From Elsinoe ampelina (lineage: Eukaryota), in NCBI GenBank assembly GCA_010093995.1, contig ML992507.1, positions 140,781-204,780 on the forward strand: DNA of 64,000 nucleotides, given 5' to 3'. Below are positions 46,272 to 61,560 of the stretch, in pieces (positions within the stretch are counted from its first letter, which is position 1; every line of letters starts with the position of its first letter). Under the pieces are notes generated by a model. That model saw nothing but the letters and a program-made list of their open reading frames with translations. It had not been told where the DNA came from and searched no databases. The position numbers and the translations under genes are program-made.

Positions 46272-47582
46272 TCAGGAGATCTGAGCGATTGGCGAGATGG
46301 GAAAGTCTCGGAAAGATAGAGCCGAAGAAGGTGTCTTTGGAGTAGCAATGCTCTCGTAGCCCATGCCTAGCGAGAGTCCAACCATGACCATGCGCATTGT
46401 GCTCTCGGCCGCATCCGTCACCAATCTTTCTGCTTCGGCGATGGCTTTGTCGAGGGTGGTGGGAGCTTGAAGAATGCTAGTAAAAGCGTCGATACCGGCT
46501 TGGTAGTTGACGTCTGCGCCTTGTCCAACAGTACCGGCAAGGGCGATGACTGGGATACCAAACGCCTTTGCGCGGTTGGCAACATCGGAGGGAATCTTTC
46601 CATTGGGGGTCTGGAAGTCGATTCCACCCTCTGCAGTGAAGACAAGCTGGCAGTCCTCGAAGAGATCGTTGATGCCGAACCACTCCATGATGGCTTCATA
46701 GCGGGGTCGTATATGGGCACCAAGAAGGATAAGGCCGGCGCCCATACCACCGGAGGCTCCACTTCCAGGCAGCATGCCAACCTCGTAGCCGAGTCTCTGA
46801 TGTGCGACAGTCGCTAGGTTGTCAAGTGCTGACTCGAGGAGATCCACTTGCTCGGGTGAGGCACCTTTTTGTGGTCCGTAGACGCGAGCCACTCCGTTTG
46901 GTCCGAGGAGGACGTTTTGCCAGTTGCAGGCAACTTCGAGGACAATGTCGTGCAGTCTCGGGTGTACTGTTGTCAGATCCATGGAGGCAAGCTTAGTGAG
47001 GGTCGTACCATTTGCAGGCGTTGGGAGTTCGTTGCCCTCTTTGTCCAGAAGTCGTGCACCAAGTGCCTGGAGTAGACCAGCTCCTCCGTCACTTGTGCCA
47101 GAATCGCCGCAACCAATGAGGACACGCTCGGCGCCCTTGTTGAGAGCGTCCGCAATCAATTCACCGACGCCGTAGGTCGTGGTTTTTGTAGGATCGCGGG
47201 CGTTACGAGGTACCATGTGGAGACCAGCTGCTGCGGCCATCTCTACAATGGCTGTCCGTTGGGACTGTCCGCCGAGGAAACCGTAGTAAGACTTGACTTT
47301 TTGACCAACCGGGCCGGTGACCTCGAGATGGATGAGTTCGCCCTCAGTATGCTCTGTCAGGGTCATGGCAGTACCCTCGCCACCGTCCACCAAAGGAACC
47401 TTGCGGATGGCTGCATTTGGTAGAACTCTACGAATACCATTCTCAATGCAGGTGGCGACCTCGGAGGGTCCAAGGCTTTCTTTAAATCCAGAAGGAGAGA
47501 TGAGGATCTTCATGGGCGGCTTTGCCTGTCGGTACTTCTTGGGGGTATTGCGACCAGGTCGGATCAGGCGAAGGTGAGGCAT
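46272..47582 (-). CDS. Glycerate kinase, type 1 (GlxK/GarK family)
   Basis: KILISPSGFKESL, PLVDGGEGT, EMAAAAGL, TTTYGVGELI, YGPQKGA, GSGASGG, TAEGGIDFQT..GK; intronless; start at 47582 or 47513. Confidence 0.92.
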   Translation of the reverse strand: MPHLRLIRPGRNTPKKYRQAKPPMKILISPSGFKESLGPSEVATCIENGIRRVLPNAAIRKVPLVDGGEGTAMTLTEHTEGELIHLEVTGPVGQKVKSYYGFLGGQSQRTAIVEMAAAAGLHMVPRNARDPTKTTTYGVGELIADALNKGAERVLIGCGDSGTSDGGAGLLQALGARLLDKEGNELPTPANGTTLTKLASMDLTTVHPRLHDIVLEVACNWQNVLLGPNGVARVYGPQKGASPEQVDLLESALDNLATVAHQRLGYEVGMLPGSGASGGMGAGLILLGAHIRPRYEAIMEWFGINDLFEDCQLVFTAEGGIDFQTPNGKIPSDVANRAKAFGIPVIALAGTVGQGADVNYQAGIDAFTSILQAPTTLDKAIAEAERLVTDAAESTMRMVMVGLSLGMGYESIATPKTPSSALSFRDFPISPIAQIS

Positions 47583-49098
47583 TGTCGGATATGAGGAATT
47601 GGAAAGATGGCTTTGATTTGGCAGGGGAAGGTCGAGATACGATGAGTGATGAGCGAACGAGGAGAGCGAATGCTTATGCAAGTTGATGTGGCTGAATAGA
47701 TAAGATGTGATGGATGTAGATGATGGCGATTTGGGAAAGCACTCACGAGACATATATCCCTTCTCGACATGAGGCTCTTTTGAGCTCTGCATGTTTCCAC
47801 AAATGTAACCACATATAGCAAATCTCCCGTTGACGGGTCACGATTGGTGGTAAGCCCAAGGCTTCGTCATTGCGAGACGTTGTGCGTCGGTGCTGGAGTG
47901 CTTGGTAGCTTGACGGCAGCGGACCCTGCACTCCGCCGCGTCTTGTGCTGTTCTGCTCGCGTGCTTCCCTTGGCAAGCAGGTCTGTGGCAGGACGGTATT
48001 TGGCAGGCCTGGCTGGGCGAAACGGGCGTCCTTGGATGTCTGAGGCAGGACCAAAGATAGGATGTCGGCGGCCAGCATCAGGGTCCAACTGCGCTGTCGC
48101 GTGCTCCATTACCGACAGCGGTATGACAAGACGACAGGAATGGAATTGCAGGGGAATGGAAGACGACGAAAACCTTACGCAGACATAGTTCTTGTCCTAA
48201 GGCATTGCTGCTGCGACGAGGATCTGCCGGCGATCGCGAGAGCCGGAAGTGAAGTCGTACGTGCAGTGTAATGCTTGGACGAGCTTAATTGTGTCACATA
48301 TAGCAGCATCCAGGAAAGGGAGATGCAAATCGGTGCGAAGAGCAGGAGGATGGAAGAGGAAGAGGAGAAACAAGATTGGGGGAGACGACAGGGCTCAGCC
48401 CCACAACTCCCTCCAATTGTCCCCAATTGCCTGCGAAATTCTGACGAAGCCTGTCGCTGGGCAAACTCTGCCTCTCTTGGACCTCTCTTGGACCTCTTGG
48501 TTTCTTCTTGTCAACTGTCCTTTGCCTCAGTCACAACTGGTTCGTCCCCAACGCGGGTGATCTCCTGCTCATCAGCAGCCACGTACGCCCATCATTCCGG
48601 CTCATTCGCGCAGTGCCAGCGAGATGCACTGCAGCCACATTGCTTGGTCTCGACGACCCAGACAACGCCCCGATACTATCTCTCAGCAGCGTTTTGCTGC
48701 ACGTTCGGTGCCCAGCTCCAGCTCTTGGGAGACTCACCGTCTTCTCCATCCGCAGTTGCTTGCGTGAAGGCCATGACGTGTGCTGCTCAGGACTCTATTC
48801 TTGCATCTGCTTCACTTTGAGCCAAGCACGCGACCCTCTCTCACACGACAGATTGCCCGACACAGGTTCCTGGCGTTCAAGTATACCACCGCTTTTATAT
48901 GCCGTCTGCCCGGCTCCCATTCAAGGTTGGTTCATCAAGATCTACTATTACAATCCCGATCAATACATTCAGCACCCACTTGGTGTTACTACCATAACTT
49001 GGTCTTTTTGACCTTGCTTTTCTGTCTCTCGCTTTATCTCTTCTTTACTCCCCCTGTCTTTCACTTCCATTGTCGTGTGACCTCATACTCCACACAAC

Positions 49099-50894
49099 AT
49101 GACCAATCTACAAAACCCAAAAAGGTTCAACACCTTACATCCGAACTGGCGTTTCTCTCAGCCTAACATCAGAAACAACGACGAAGACCGATCATACACT
49201 CTACACGAAGAGGAGGCACAAGTCTTCCGACTACCAAGTCTGAGATTTTCTCCCATGGTACCATCACAGAGACAATGGTGGGAGGACGTCTCTGGCTACA
49301 GGTCATTTGTGAACAAGGAAGACGACGACTCCGACGGCAAAAGTCACTCGGATGAGGAGGATCCACTCCCACCGCCAATGATGGGCGCAAGTCAAGAGCA
49401 GGATACTTCTTATGATCCTCTGAAGCAGGCCGAAGATGATCCTGACGTGGTATGTATCCAGGACTGAATACTTTTCTCCTTACCCATACTTACAATTGTC
49501 AGGTCACTTGGGATGGCGATGATGACCCCGCCAATCCTCTCAACTGGCCTCGAAAGAAGAAGTGGACGGCGACTATCCTGGTATCATCCTTCACCTTCAT
49601 TTCTCCAATTGCCTCGACCATGATTGCGCCTTCGCTAGAAGAAATCGGAGAGGACTTCAACATTCGATCAAACATGATGCGGGCTTTTGTCATGTCCATC
49701 TTCCTTCTTGCCTACGCAGTCGGGCCCTTCATCCTCGGTCCCTTGTCCGAAATCTTTGGCAGGGTAGTGGTCCTCCAAAGCACAAACATGATCTTCTTGG
49801 TTTTCAACACAATGTGCGGCTTCTCTCGGAATACCAACGAGATGCTTGCATACCGATTCGTCAGCGGTCTGGGTGGCAGCGCCCCACAAGCACTTGGGGG
49901 AGGGGTCCTGAGCGACTGCTGGCGGGCTGAGGAGCGTGGCAAGGCCGTCGCAATCTACAGTCTTGCACCATTCATTGGCCCTGCCATCGGCCCCATCATC
50001 GGAGGCGTCATGACTCAGTATACCAGTTGGAGATGGGTCTTCTGGGTGGTCTCCATCGCCGACGTTGTTGTACAGGTCCTGGCGACACTGTTCCTTCCAG
50101 AGACCTACGCACCTGCACTTCTCGCGAAGAAGGTCAAGAAGCTGAAGAAGCAAACTGGAAACAAGAATCTGCGCACAAAGTGGCAGAATCCCGAGCACGG
50201 CATGCTTCATATTCTCCGCAAGAATCTTGTTCGACCTTTCATCATGCTCGGCACTCAACCTGCCATCCAGGTCATGGCTCTGTACCGCGCTTACCTCTAT
50301 GGATTGATGTATCTCGTATTATCCACCTATGCTCTGGTTTGGGAAGAGGATTACGACCAATCTCTTACCATCTCATCCCTCAACTACCTCTCATTGGGCA
50401 TCGGCTTCGTACTCGGCCTCCAAATCTGTGCGCCGCTCATGGACCGCATTTACAATCGCTTGAAGAAGAAGTACAAGCACCCAGGTCGACCCGAGTTCCG
50501 CGTTCCATTGATGCTTCCTGGTGGTCTTCTCGTACCCGTTGGTCTGGCTCTGTACGGTTGGTCAGCTCACTATCGTTTGCACTGGATAATTCCCAACATC
50601 GGCGTTGGAATTTTCGCCTGCGGTCTGATCATCGGCTTTCAATGTGCTCAGTCTTACGTGGTCGATTCTTATACCCGGTATGCTGCCAGTGCCACAGGTG
50701 CAGCAGCTTTTCTGAGAACCATGGCGGGATTCTCGTTCCCGCTATTCGCCCCAGCCATGTATGCCAGGATGGGTCTTCATTGGGGTAATACCATGCTGGC
50801 CATCATCTCACTCATCATGGGTGTCGCCGCTCCCATCTTTCTGTGGAAGAGAGGCGAGTGGCTACGCTCCAAGTCGACCTACTGTGCCGGCTAA
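49099..50894 (+). CDS. MFS drug:H+ antiporter (DHA1 family)
   Basis: VTWDGDDDPANPLNW, GPLSEIFGR, GPAIGPIIGG, WRWVFW, PETY, PEFR; intron 49450-49502. Confidence 0.93.
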
Positions 50895-51992
50895 ACTTTC
50901 ACCTTGAGACGGATAAATATGTACGATCACGTTTGACGACGAGGCGTTAGGTGTTCTAATTTTTGTACGGCACGATACCATCTGTCCAGAGCATTAGCAT
51001 TAGCGTTAGAATCAATCAAAGATGCGGCCGATTGGACGCTGTTTTGAATCCAAACTCCTCCTAGGGCTCTGATTTTGACCCCCTTTTGGGACACTGTCGT
51101 TACTGCCATCCGGTCGGTTCGAGGGCCCGAGCGTTGCTCCCCAAGAAAAAGGCTCGGTTTCCTCATGAAACTTTTCTACACAACGGATCGTCTCCATATA
51201 CTGGTCTTGCACAACGAGATACTATCAGAACCTAACACGAACAATGAGACATCTGCGACACTCATGAGCAGAGTCTATTTTAGCCAACAAGGGCGAGTGA
51301 CTACGCCAATCGTCCTGCGAGTCCACGAGTATCCTTTCAATTGCGAGCAGGTCAGCCATGGTACGTGCCATATGCATCACAAGACAGAACCGGATCCAGG
51401 TACGATTCTATCGAGATCAGTCTTTACTATACTACACTAAGCTTGGTGACTTCATCTCGCCGCGGCCGGATCTACGGCAGGATCGCCCTCAAGCAAAAGC
51501 TTAGGCTCCTTGTCAAAAGCCGAGACCACCGTCTCAAGCCTCTGACCGTTCTTCGACAAGGCGTTGACCTCGTAGGGACGTGTGTGCAACGTGCTTGCAA
51601 CGTCTTTGCAGTGCTGGGAACATCTTGAACCAGCTCAGAGGCATGTATGGTGACGAGGTTGTGCAAACAGCCCACTGCCCATTGAGTTACTATGCGCCGC
51701 AGCAGTCAAGTCGCTTCTAATCAGGTTATCTGATAAAAGTATATCGCCGCGCTGGCATCTTCTCCTCCACCTTGCCGGATTCACCCCTGGATTATATTTG
51801 GTAAGACCTCAGTAGTCGCAAACGGTACCGGTGGTCCACCTCTTTACCCAAAGTATCACCCGATTGGTTGTATGGCAAGCCCTACCGCGCACACGCCGAC
51901 TACCCACCATGCCCTCATGGGTCGAGCTTTGTATATAGCTCGAGGATAGGATGCGGCAAGGTCTTCAGATCCACTGAGCTCCACAACTCGCC

Positions 51993-52991
51993 ATGCTCCC
52001 TCCCATTACCCACGATGACGCACAGGTCGGCAACTACATCTGTGTGACGCTGACCGTCCTCATCTTAGCCTGCCGCCTCGTCGCCTCCAAGTATCAGCCA
52101 AGGCCCTTCGATGGTGCCTTTTTCGTCGTAGTGTTCAGTGTCGTGGTCTTGATCGGCCGCCTCATCACCACCTACTTCACCCTCACTTTCGACACTGGTG
52201 TCGATGCAGTCCACGCCGCAGCCGAAGGTATTCCCTTCTCCGATGCGAAGCTCAGCCACATCAAGGAGGGGACCATCTTCTCGCTCTTCAACCGTGTCCT
52301 CGAGACCACTTTCTGGTGGAGCCAATCGGTCGTGCTCCTTCTGCTCTACAAACGTCTGGTCAGCCACGTCAAATGGAGCGGCAAAGTAATCTGGGCGACC
52401 TGGGGCTTCATCCTCATCTCCTATCTCGCCGTCATCATTACCATCTTTCTCGAATGCACTCCCTTTGATCACTACTGGCAAGTCAGTCCCCCGCCTGGCG
52501 TCTGCAACAAAGGCTACAAGCAAACCCTCATTCAATGCCTGTCCAACATCATCATTGATTTGACCCTCATCGGTATCGCGATCCCTGTCGTCTTTATCCA
52601 AGGCCGTCAAACCATTCAAAGAGTCCGCATTGGCGCCCTGATCGCACTCGGTATCTTCTGCACAGTCGTCACCTGCGTCCGACTCGCATACATTTTCTCT
52701 CAAGGCTCTCTCCAGGCCACACGCTCCTTCTGGGCAGGCATCCAGATCGTCGCATCTGGATTTGTCGCCAATGCACCGATCATATATGGCAGTCTGAAGC
52801 TATGGAGAAAGGAATCTTTGAAGAGTAAAAGCGGAACGGCGAGCTATGCAATGACAGGGATGGGCGGTGGGGCAATGAGCAGGGACAGGACGGTCAAGGG
52901 CATTGCGGATGATCAGGTGAATATCACGCGGACGTACGTGGTCACGAGTGGAAGGAAGAGCGAAGATGGGAGTGAGACGGATCTTGTATGA
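51993..52991 (+). CDS. PTH11-like integral membrane protein
   Basis: Several hydrophobic segments; FLECTPFDHYW, NIIIDLTLI..P, RLAY, VANAP; intronless. Confidence 0.85.
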   Translation: MLPPITHDDAQVGNYICVTLTVLILACRLVASKYQPRPFDGAFFVVVFSVVVLIGRLITTYFTLTFDTGVDAVHAAAEGIPFSDAKLSHIKEGTIFSLFNRVLETTFWWSQSVVLLLLYKRLVSHVKWSGKVIWATWGFILISYLAVIITIFLECTPFDHYWQVSPPPGVCNKGYKQTLIQCLSNIIIDLTLIGIAIPVVFIQGRQTIQRVRIGALIALGIFCTVVTCVRLAYIFSQGSLQATRSFWAGIQIVASGFVANAPIIYGSLKLWRKESLKSKSGTASYAMTGMGGGAMSRDRTVKGIADDQVNITRTYVVTSGRKSEDGSETDLV

Positions 52992-53440
52992 GGGCAAGCA
53001 GGGAGGAGACGGGACTACCGCGGTAGGCAGAGAATAGCGCCCATGTCATTACTTCTTGTACCTTATTACTTTCTGTACATCGTCTTCCAAAACATTGAAA
53101 TTCACACAGCACAAAACATGATTCCTTGAACCTGTCCATAATCTCTTTATCAGCAGACTCTCCCGTCCACAATACTACAAGGCATTGCTATCTCTCGCCG
53201 AATCACACGCAGCATAACCCACACAAGACACGAGACACGAGACCTCACCCAGTGCTTATCCCTCGAGGTCCCACTTCATCCACGTGTCACCTCCTTCGAA
53301 CCTCCCTCTCCCTCTTCCGTCCTCTCTCCACCCGCATATCCAAGCACCACAAGCCTCAATTGTCACGTTCGCCAAGGACCTGGGTAACAGCTTCATCAAT
53401 ACCAAGACTTGATGTATCGAACGTTGTCGCCAAATGTTTT

Positions 53441-53537
53441 ACCACGTTTCACCACGTTTTACCACGTTTTACTTCAAAGCCCGACCGGTGAGGTCGGCCG
53501 TTGAGGTTGGACGGTGAGGTCGGCCGTCGAGGTTGGA
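53441..53537 (+). repeat. Short intergenic tandem repeats
   Basis: ACCACGTTTY x3 (53441-53470); 26-bp CGGTGAGGTCGGCCGTYGAGGTTGGA x2 (53486-53537). Confidence 0.85.
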
Positions 53538-54014
53538 TGATGAGGTCAAGCGGTGAGATACAACGCCCGTCTGATCGGTCGGGTTGTTAGTGTGCCTATG
53601 TACTCGCTAGCCGGACCAGATCCGGAGCGGGGAGGGGCTAAGAATAGATTTGATAGCAGGAAACGGTCGGTAGTAACAGTCAGGCCCGAAGAGCATCCGT
53701 CGAGGTCTCAACCAGGCCACTCAGTCACAGGTCACCGCTGGAGTGCGTCACTGGACAAGAAAGGCAGGAGAAGGAGGAAACTACTGTCATGTGATCCACC
53801 ATAGAGTCAAGCGTCAATGGCGGAGCCCCAGTATCGGTTTGGACCCTTACCACCGCGAGAACAAGGCAGGCCGAAGCATGAACAGCGCAGGGCACCGCGC
53901 ACAAGTGCCACAAGAGTAGAAAGCAAAATCTTCATTCCACCTCCTCCATCCCTGCTCTCCTCCTCCCTTCCCCTCCCATTCCCATCCCATCCCCTCCCCT
54001 ACCCCCCTCACCCC

Positions 54015-56017
<2,003 letters not shown>

Positions 56018-57359
56018 CGCGAGGAGTCTTGATAGAAGGAGATGTTGATGATGATGCAAAATGAAGCTGATACCTGCTTCTACTTATACCCCTCCCAAGC
56101 TGACCCTTTCAGCCATGGCTTGTATTTCTCACTCATCCCACACCATCTCTTTGTTTCTTCTCGAAAAGTCTTCGCTTGTGGAGAATGAAGTCTGGAGAGT
56201 TGCCTCCGCGCTATTCAGTCTAGTCGCTGGCTAGGCGAAGTCGGCCGAGTGGGTCTATGAGGCAGAAATGGGCATACCAAACTCTTGCACCTTCTCCAAA
56301 TTGCTCGTCACGCGCGCGGTTTTGGATTGGGGATCTACCGGAGACTTGCTGATCTTGCGTCGTTTAGCGTCCTGCAAGACGATGCTGGCAGAGCCCATGT
56401 CCAGAGAACCACGAGCTATGCTTTCTGACGCTGTCACCCACACCAAACGCGTCGTTACGTCTCGACCAGTATACCATCAACATCGCTTGAGCTGATTCTT
56501 CCGATCGAACCACTCTTGCTGATGAAATCGGGCGAGGTTGGATGAATTTTCCGGTGGTGACGCGATGGCGGCGAGAGGCAAAAGCGCCAAAAACGAAGCC
56601 GCCAAAACTCAACCTCACTTCATCCACTCATCGTCCTTCTCTTCATTCTTCCTCATTTCTTCTCCGCGACTTCCCCCGCTTTCGAAGGATATTTGACTGC
56701 ACCCCGAGCAGCGCTAATGCAGGTCCAATATGGCCCTAGAAACTTTGGAAACATGGCCTCCCAGACATCACCTTCCATTCTCCTTCCATCTTGACATGTG
56801 CCCAAGCGGCTCTACCCCGACAACTCCTCGGCCCTTCAGCTGCATGAGCAACTTCTTTGTCCCTCTGACGCCAGGGATGCAACAGCGGCCCGACATTCAC
56901 TCCAGTGCAACATGATCCTGTTAGCGCTATCCCTAACGGGGCGGCTTGTGAAACGCCAACATGCACGGGACCACGCATCCAGCCTGGTCACCCGTCCACC
57001 TCACCTCCTGTTTTTGGGCGCAAGGACGCTTGATAGCACACCAGCCGTCATCCTTCATCCACATGTGCTGTGCTTGGTGGGAAGACATCGCAATCACGCT
57101 CATGTCCGTGATCGCCATCACCTCTGAGCGGTATGCAGGAAGCCGATGATCCGTCCTTCATCACGGACCGAGATCCACTCTTGACAGCCTCCTTTTCCTA
57201 GAAGCGATGCTCAAGGTGTGGTAGATTCCATCATTTGGCTCTGCACGATCGACGCCTCTTCGCCTCTTCATCTCGAACCGACGTCCTGCTTGCTTCTGCA
57301 TATGCTTCTCAACAGATCTCTTTGCGTCTAATTCCCACGTTGTGTAACCACTGCCCATC

Positions 57360-59376
57360 ATGTTGGGACACTTTCTGAGCCTTTTCTGGCTGGTGGGCCT
57401 TGCTACTGCCCTTACTGGAGCGCAATGGCGGTCTCAATCAATCTATCAAGTCATTGTTGATAGGTTCGCCCGAACTGATGGAAGCACCACCGCTTCGTGC
57501 GATCTCAACTTGGACTGTGGGGGATCGTGGAGAGGTCTGATAAATAGGCTCGACTACATCCAGGGAATGGGATTCACTGCTGTTTGGATCAGTCCTGTAG
57601 TCAAGAATGTCGACGGCAACACCGCGGATGGAAGTGCATACCACGGGTACTGGGCACAGGATATCTTTCAGACAAACTCAAAGTTTGGCACATCACAGGA
57701 TCTCAAAGATCTCTCCGCGGCACTCCATGCCAGGGGGATGGTACGAGACGCAAGCTTTGGCCGTGATCAAAGACTGATATGCCGCAGTACTTGATGGTCG
57801 ACGTAGTTCCCAACCACATGGGCTACGTTGGTTGCGGCAATTGTGTCAATTACGGAACCCTCTCTCCTTTCAACTCTGCATCATACTATCATTCGTACTG
57901 CATCATCAACTACAGTCAACAAAATACCGTTGAACAATGCTGGCTTGGTTCAAACACCGTGTCTTTACCTGATGTGAGGACCGAAGACACCAACGTCCGC
58001 AATGTTCTCAACGGCTGGATCCGTGGTCTGGTGTCAAACTACTCAAGTAGGTATTATACCTAATCTATTGGTAGACATTGCTGATCTTATCCAGTCGACG
58101 GACTCCGTATCGACACAGCAGCACACATTGAAAAGTCCTTCTACCCAGGTTTCGAATCTGCTGCTGGTGTCTACGCAGTCGGAGAGGTCTTCAACGGTGA
58201 CCCATCCTACACATGTCCATACCAGGAAGTCATGAGTGGTGTACTGAATTACCCGGCCTGGTACTGGATCACCCAAGCCTTCCAATCGACGTCAGGCAAC
58301 ATCGCCAACCTCGTCAACGGGGTAAATCGGATGACTACTGCTTGTAAAGACACTACCTTGCTAGGCAGCTTTTTGGAGAACCACGACAACCCTCGCTTCG
58401 CCTCGTTCGTTTCGGACTTGTCGTTGATTCGCAATGCCATTGCCTTTACTATTCTGGCAGACGGCATACCGATCATCTACCAGGGTCAAGAACAGCAGTA
58501 TACCGGTGGTGTAACGCCTCGTCAGCGCGAGCCGATCTGGACATCAGGCTTCAACACCAACTCGAACCTCTACAACTTGATCAAGACTATCAATGCTGTC
58601 CGTCGACAAGCCATCAGCAAGGACAGCGGCTATGTTACCTACAAAGCTCAACCTGTCTACTCCGACTCCCGCACCATCGTTATGCGGAAGGGATCTGCCG
58701 GTAGCCAGATCGTCTCCGTTCACAGCAACCGGGGGGCTTCTGGTAGCGCTACCTTCACGCTCGCAGGGTCAGCCAGTGGATTCACCTCTGGTCAAGCTGT
58801 GACCGATGTCATCGCTTGCCGAGCCCTCACAGCAGGAAGCAATGGTGATCTCTCCATCAGCATCTCCAATGGACAACCCCTTGTACTTTTCCCCACGGCC
58901 CAGCTCAGTGGCAGTGGACTGTGTGGAGGCACTACTTCTCCGTCTTGTAAGTTCGTACCTCGTGCGCCCTGACGATCTCTAATCAATCGTCAGCATCACC
59001 AACGGCCACCCTCGTCACCACCACCCGAGCTTCATCCGTCTCCACCGCTGCATGCGCCACGCCAACAAGCATCGCAACCACCTTCCGAGTCCGCATTGCC
59101 ACCGTCTATGGACAGAGCATCCGTCTAGTGGGGTCAACCGCTCAGCTCGGGTCCTGGAACCCGGCAAATGGTATCCCCTTGTCGGCTAGCGATTACACGA
59201 CTTCCAACCCCGTCTGGAGCGGCACAGTCAATGTCGCTGGCGGTGTGGGATTTCAATACAAGTTCGTACGGGTGAACACGGATGGGAGTTTCACATGGGA
59301 GGCGGATCCAAACAGATCGTACACAGCGTCAGGGTGTAGTGCCACCGCTGCGGTGGACGTTAGTTGGCAGGCGTGA
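57360..59376 (+). CDS. amyA: Secreted alpha-amylase (GH13, Taka-type) with C-terminal CBM20
   Basis: [50 protein letters not shown]20 with WEADPNR; three introns. Confidence 0.95.
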
Positions 59377-60011
59377 GAAGGATCAGTCGTTGCATTGTCT
59401 AGGCGGGACTAGCCCTGGATGGGATGAGCTATCATTTGTACAAAAGTACAGAAACCTACCTCTTTTGAGAGGCCAACTCGTTTCGATTCGCAGTATACAC
59501 AATAGTAACTTCTGATCGGTCAGCCCTTGCTGGCGAACTGAGTTTTTTGATGCGGGAGAAGAGCTGATGGACCTGATCAGGCCGGCCAGTCACGTGCACG
59601 GCGTGCCATCTTGCGTCCATTGCTCGACTTCACTTTCTCCCGTGACTTTCTCCTTCCTGCGACCGACGTGTCATGCCACGCGAAGAAGCATCCATACATG
59701 CTGTTGACGCTACAGCAGTTTGCCTGCGAAAAGACGTCGCATGTTTCGTGAATGAGAATAACCTCGGTTATCCTCGCCGTCTTTCACTAATCCAATGGCG
59801 CAACCACAACCAATTAATCCGAAAATTCCGTTACTCTTCACTGCAATCGGCGCAACTCGAAACCCGATTGATATCAGAGACTTTCCATGCCAGTCGTTCA
59901 TGTTTGATATACCTATCAGGCTGTCCAGCTGAGTTGATCAAGCTACTTCCTCTTCACTGGTCATCCCCTTTGCTCATTTCTTCTATCACACAAACATCAA
60001 TCCCTCTCAAC

Positions 60012-61357
60012 ATGCCTCTCCAAATCTCCGCCCCTCTCACGCTCCCATGCGGTCTCACGCTACCCAATCGTCTCTCCAAAGCTGCCATGGCCGAGAATTT
60101 GGCTTCAGGCCCGCATCTCCCTACACCGACTCATAATTCATCATACTCCGTTTGGGGCGCGGGCGATTGGGGCATGATCATGACCGGCAACGTTCAAGTC
60201 GACCCTATATACCTTGGTGGCCCAGGCGATATATCTTTCGATGCCACCATCGACCGTGCTCGCCGTCTTGAGACCTGGAAAGCGTGGGCTACTGCTACAC
60301 AGTCTAATGGCTCCCCCGGAATTGTGCAGATCAATCACCCCGGACGACAATCACCGATGGGCACAGGTAAGAAGGGTCTACTCGCAAAGAACCTCGCCCC
60401 CTCCGCCGTGGGGGTCAAGCTCGGGGAAGGTTTGCTGGCTAAGGCTCTGAGCTCCCTCGTCTTCGGCACACCCAGAGAGATGACCACCGAAGACATCTCT
60501 CACGCTATCGAAGCGTTCGTCGACACAGCTACACTAGCAGCCGAGAGTGGTTTCAAAGGTGTCGAGATCCACGCCGCACACGGGTACTTGCTCGCACAAT
60601 TCCTATCAGCAGACTCAAATCGTCGAACCGACGCATACGGCGGCTCAGCTAAAGCCCGAGCCAAGATCGTCGTAGAAGTAATCGAAGCGATCAGGGCCGC
60701 AGTCCCCAAGGACTTCGCCGTAGGCATCAAGCTGAACTCTGTAGACCACCAGTCCCAGCAAGCATTAGCGCACTGCGTGGAACAGCTCCAGCTCATCGCC
60801 TCGGCCGGTATTGACTTCCTCGAGATCTCCGGCGGGACCTACGAAGACCCCAAGGTACTACCTCTCTTCACCCCTTCCATATCGTAATTATTGACCTGGC
60901 AACAGATGTTCCAACCCACCCCCACCCCAACCTCCACCTCTTCCCGCACCCAAGCCCGCGAAGCCTTCTTCCTCGAATTCGCCCGCGCCATCCGACGCTC
61001 CGTCCCCACCATCCCGCTAATGGTAACAGGCGGCTTCCGCACCCGTCTCGGCATGGAAGCAGCCGTGGCAAACGGCGACTGCGACCTCGTCGGCCTGGGG
61101 CGACCGGCTGTGATCTACCCCACGTTGCCGAGGGATGTGATTTTCAACACGGATTTGCAGGATGAGGATGCGATCTTGCCGGTGGAGAGGATCGAGGTGC
61201 CGTGGATTTTGAAGCAGACTGGTCTCAAGGCGGTGGGGGCTGGGGCGGAGAGTGTGAGTATTTTTGAGAGCCAAGGAGGGGAGAGAGTGCTGACGAATCA
61301 CAGTCTTGGTATGGGAAGCGGATTGGGGAGATGAAGGGGAGGGCGCAGAAGGTGTGA
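60012..61357 (+). CDS. NADH:flavin oxidoreductase (Old Yellow Enzyme family)
   Basis: [60 protein letters not shown]; introns ~60854-60905 and 61254-61303. Confidence 0.93.
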
Positions 61358-61560
61358 GGGGGCAAGGGTATGTTTGGATGCATTGTTGGCGTGAGGAGAA
61401 GATGGTGGGATACCAGATAGACCGCTGACATTTTTGCATCATAGAAGGGGACGACACAGTGTCAAAGATCGTTTCGTTAAAGTACAGACCGGGTGCGGCT
61501 AGGTGAGACAGTGAGCATTTCGAATGGGGTATCTAGATATTGTCACATAAGCAGTCTACC

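Noticed and set aside
51728..51736. ATCTGATAA, matching the SreA consensus, upstream of the PTH11-like gene
   Set aside because: A single 9-mer is expected about once by chance in 64 kb; no supporting iron-related context
51922..51943. 7-bp inverted repeat flanking a TATA-like sequence
   Set aside because: Too short to distinguish from chance
53441..53537. Repeats as a CRISPR-like array
   Set aside because: Eukaryotic DNA with no spacers; simple slippage duplications
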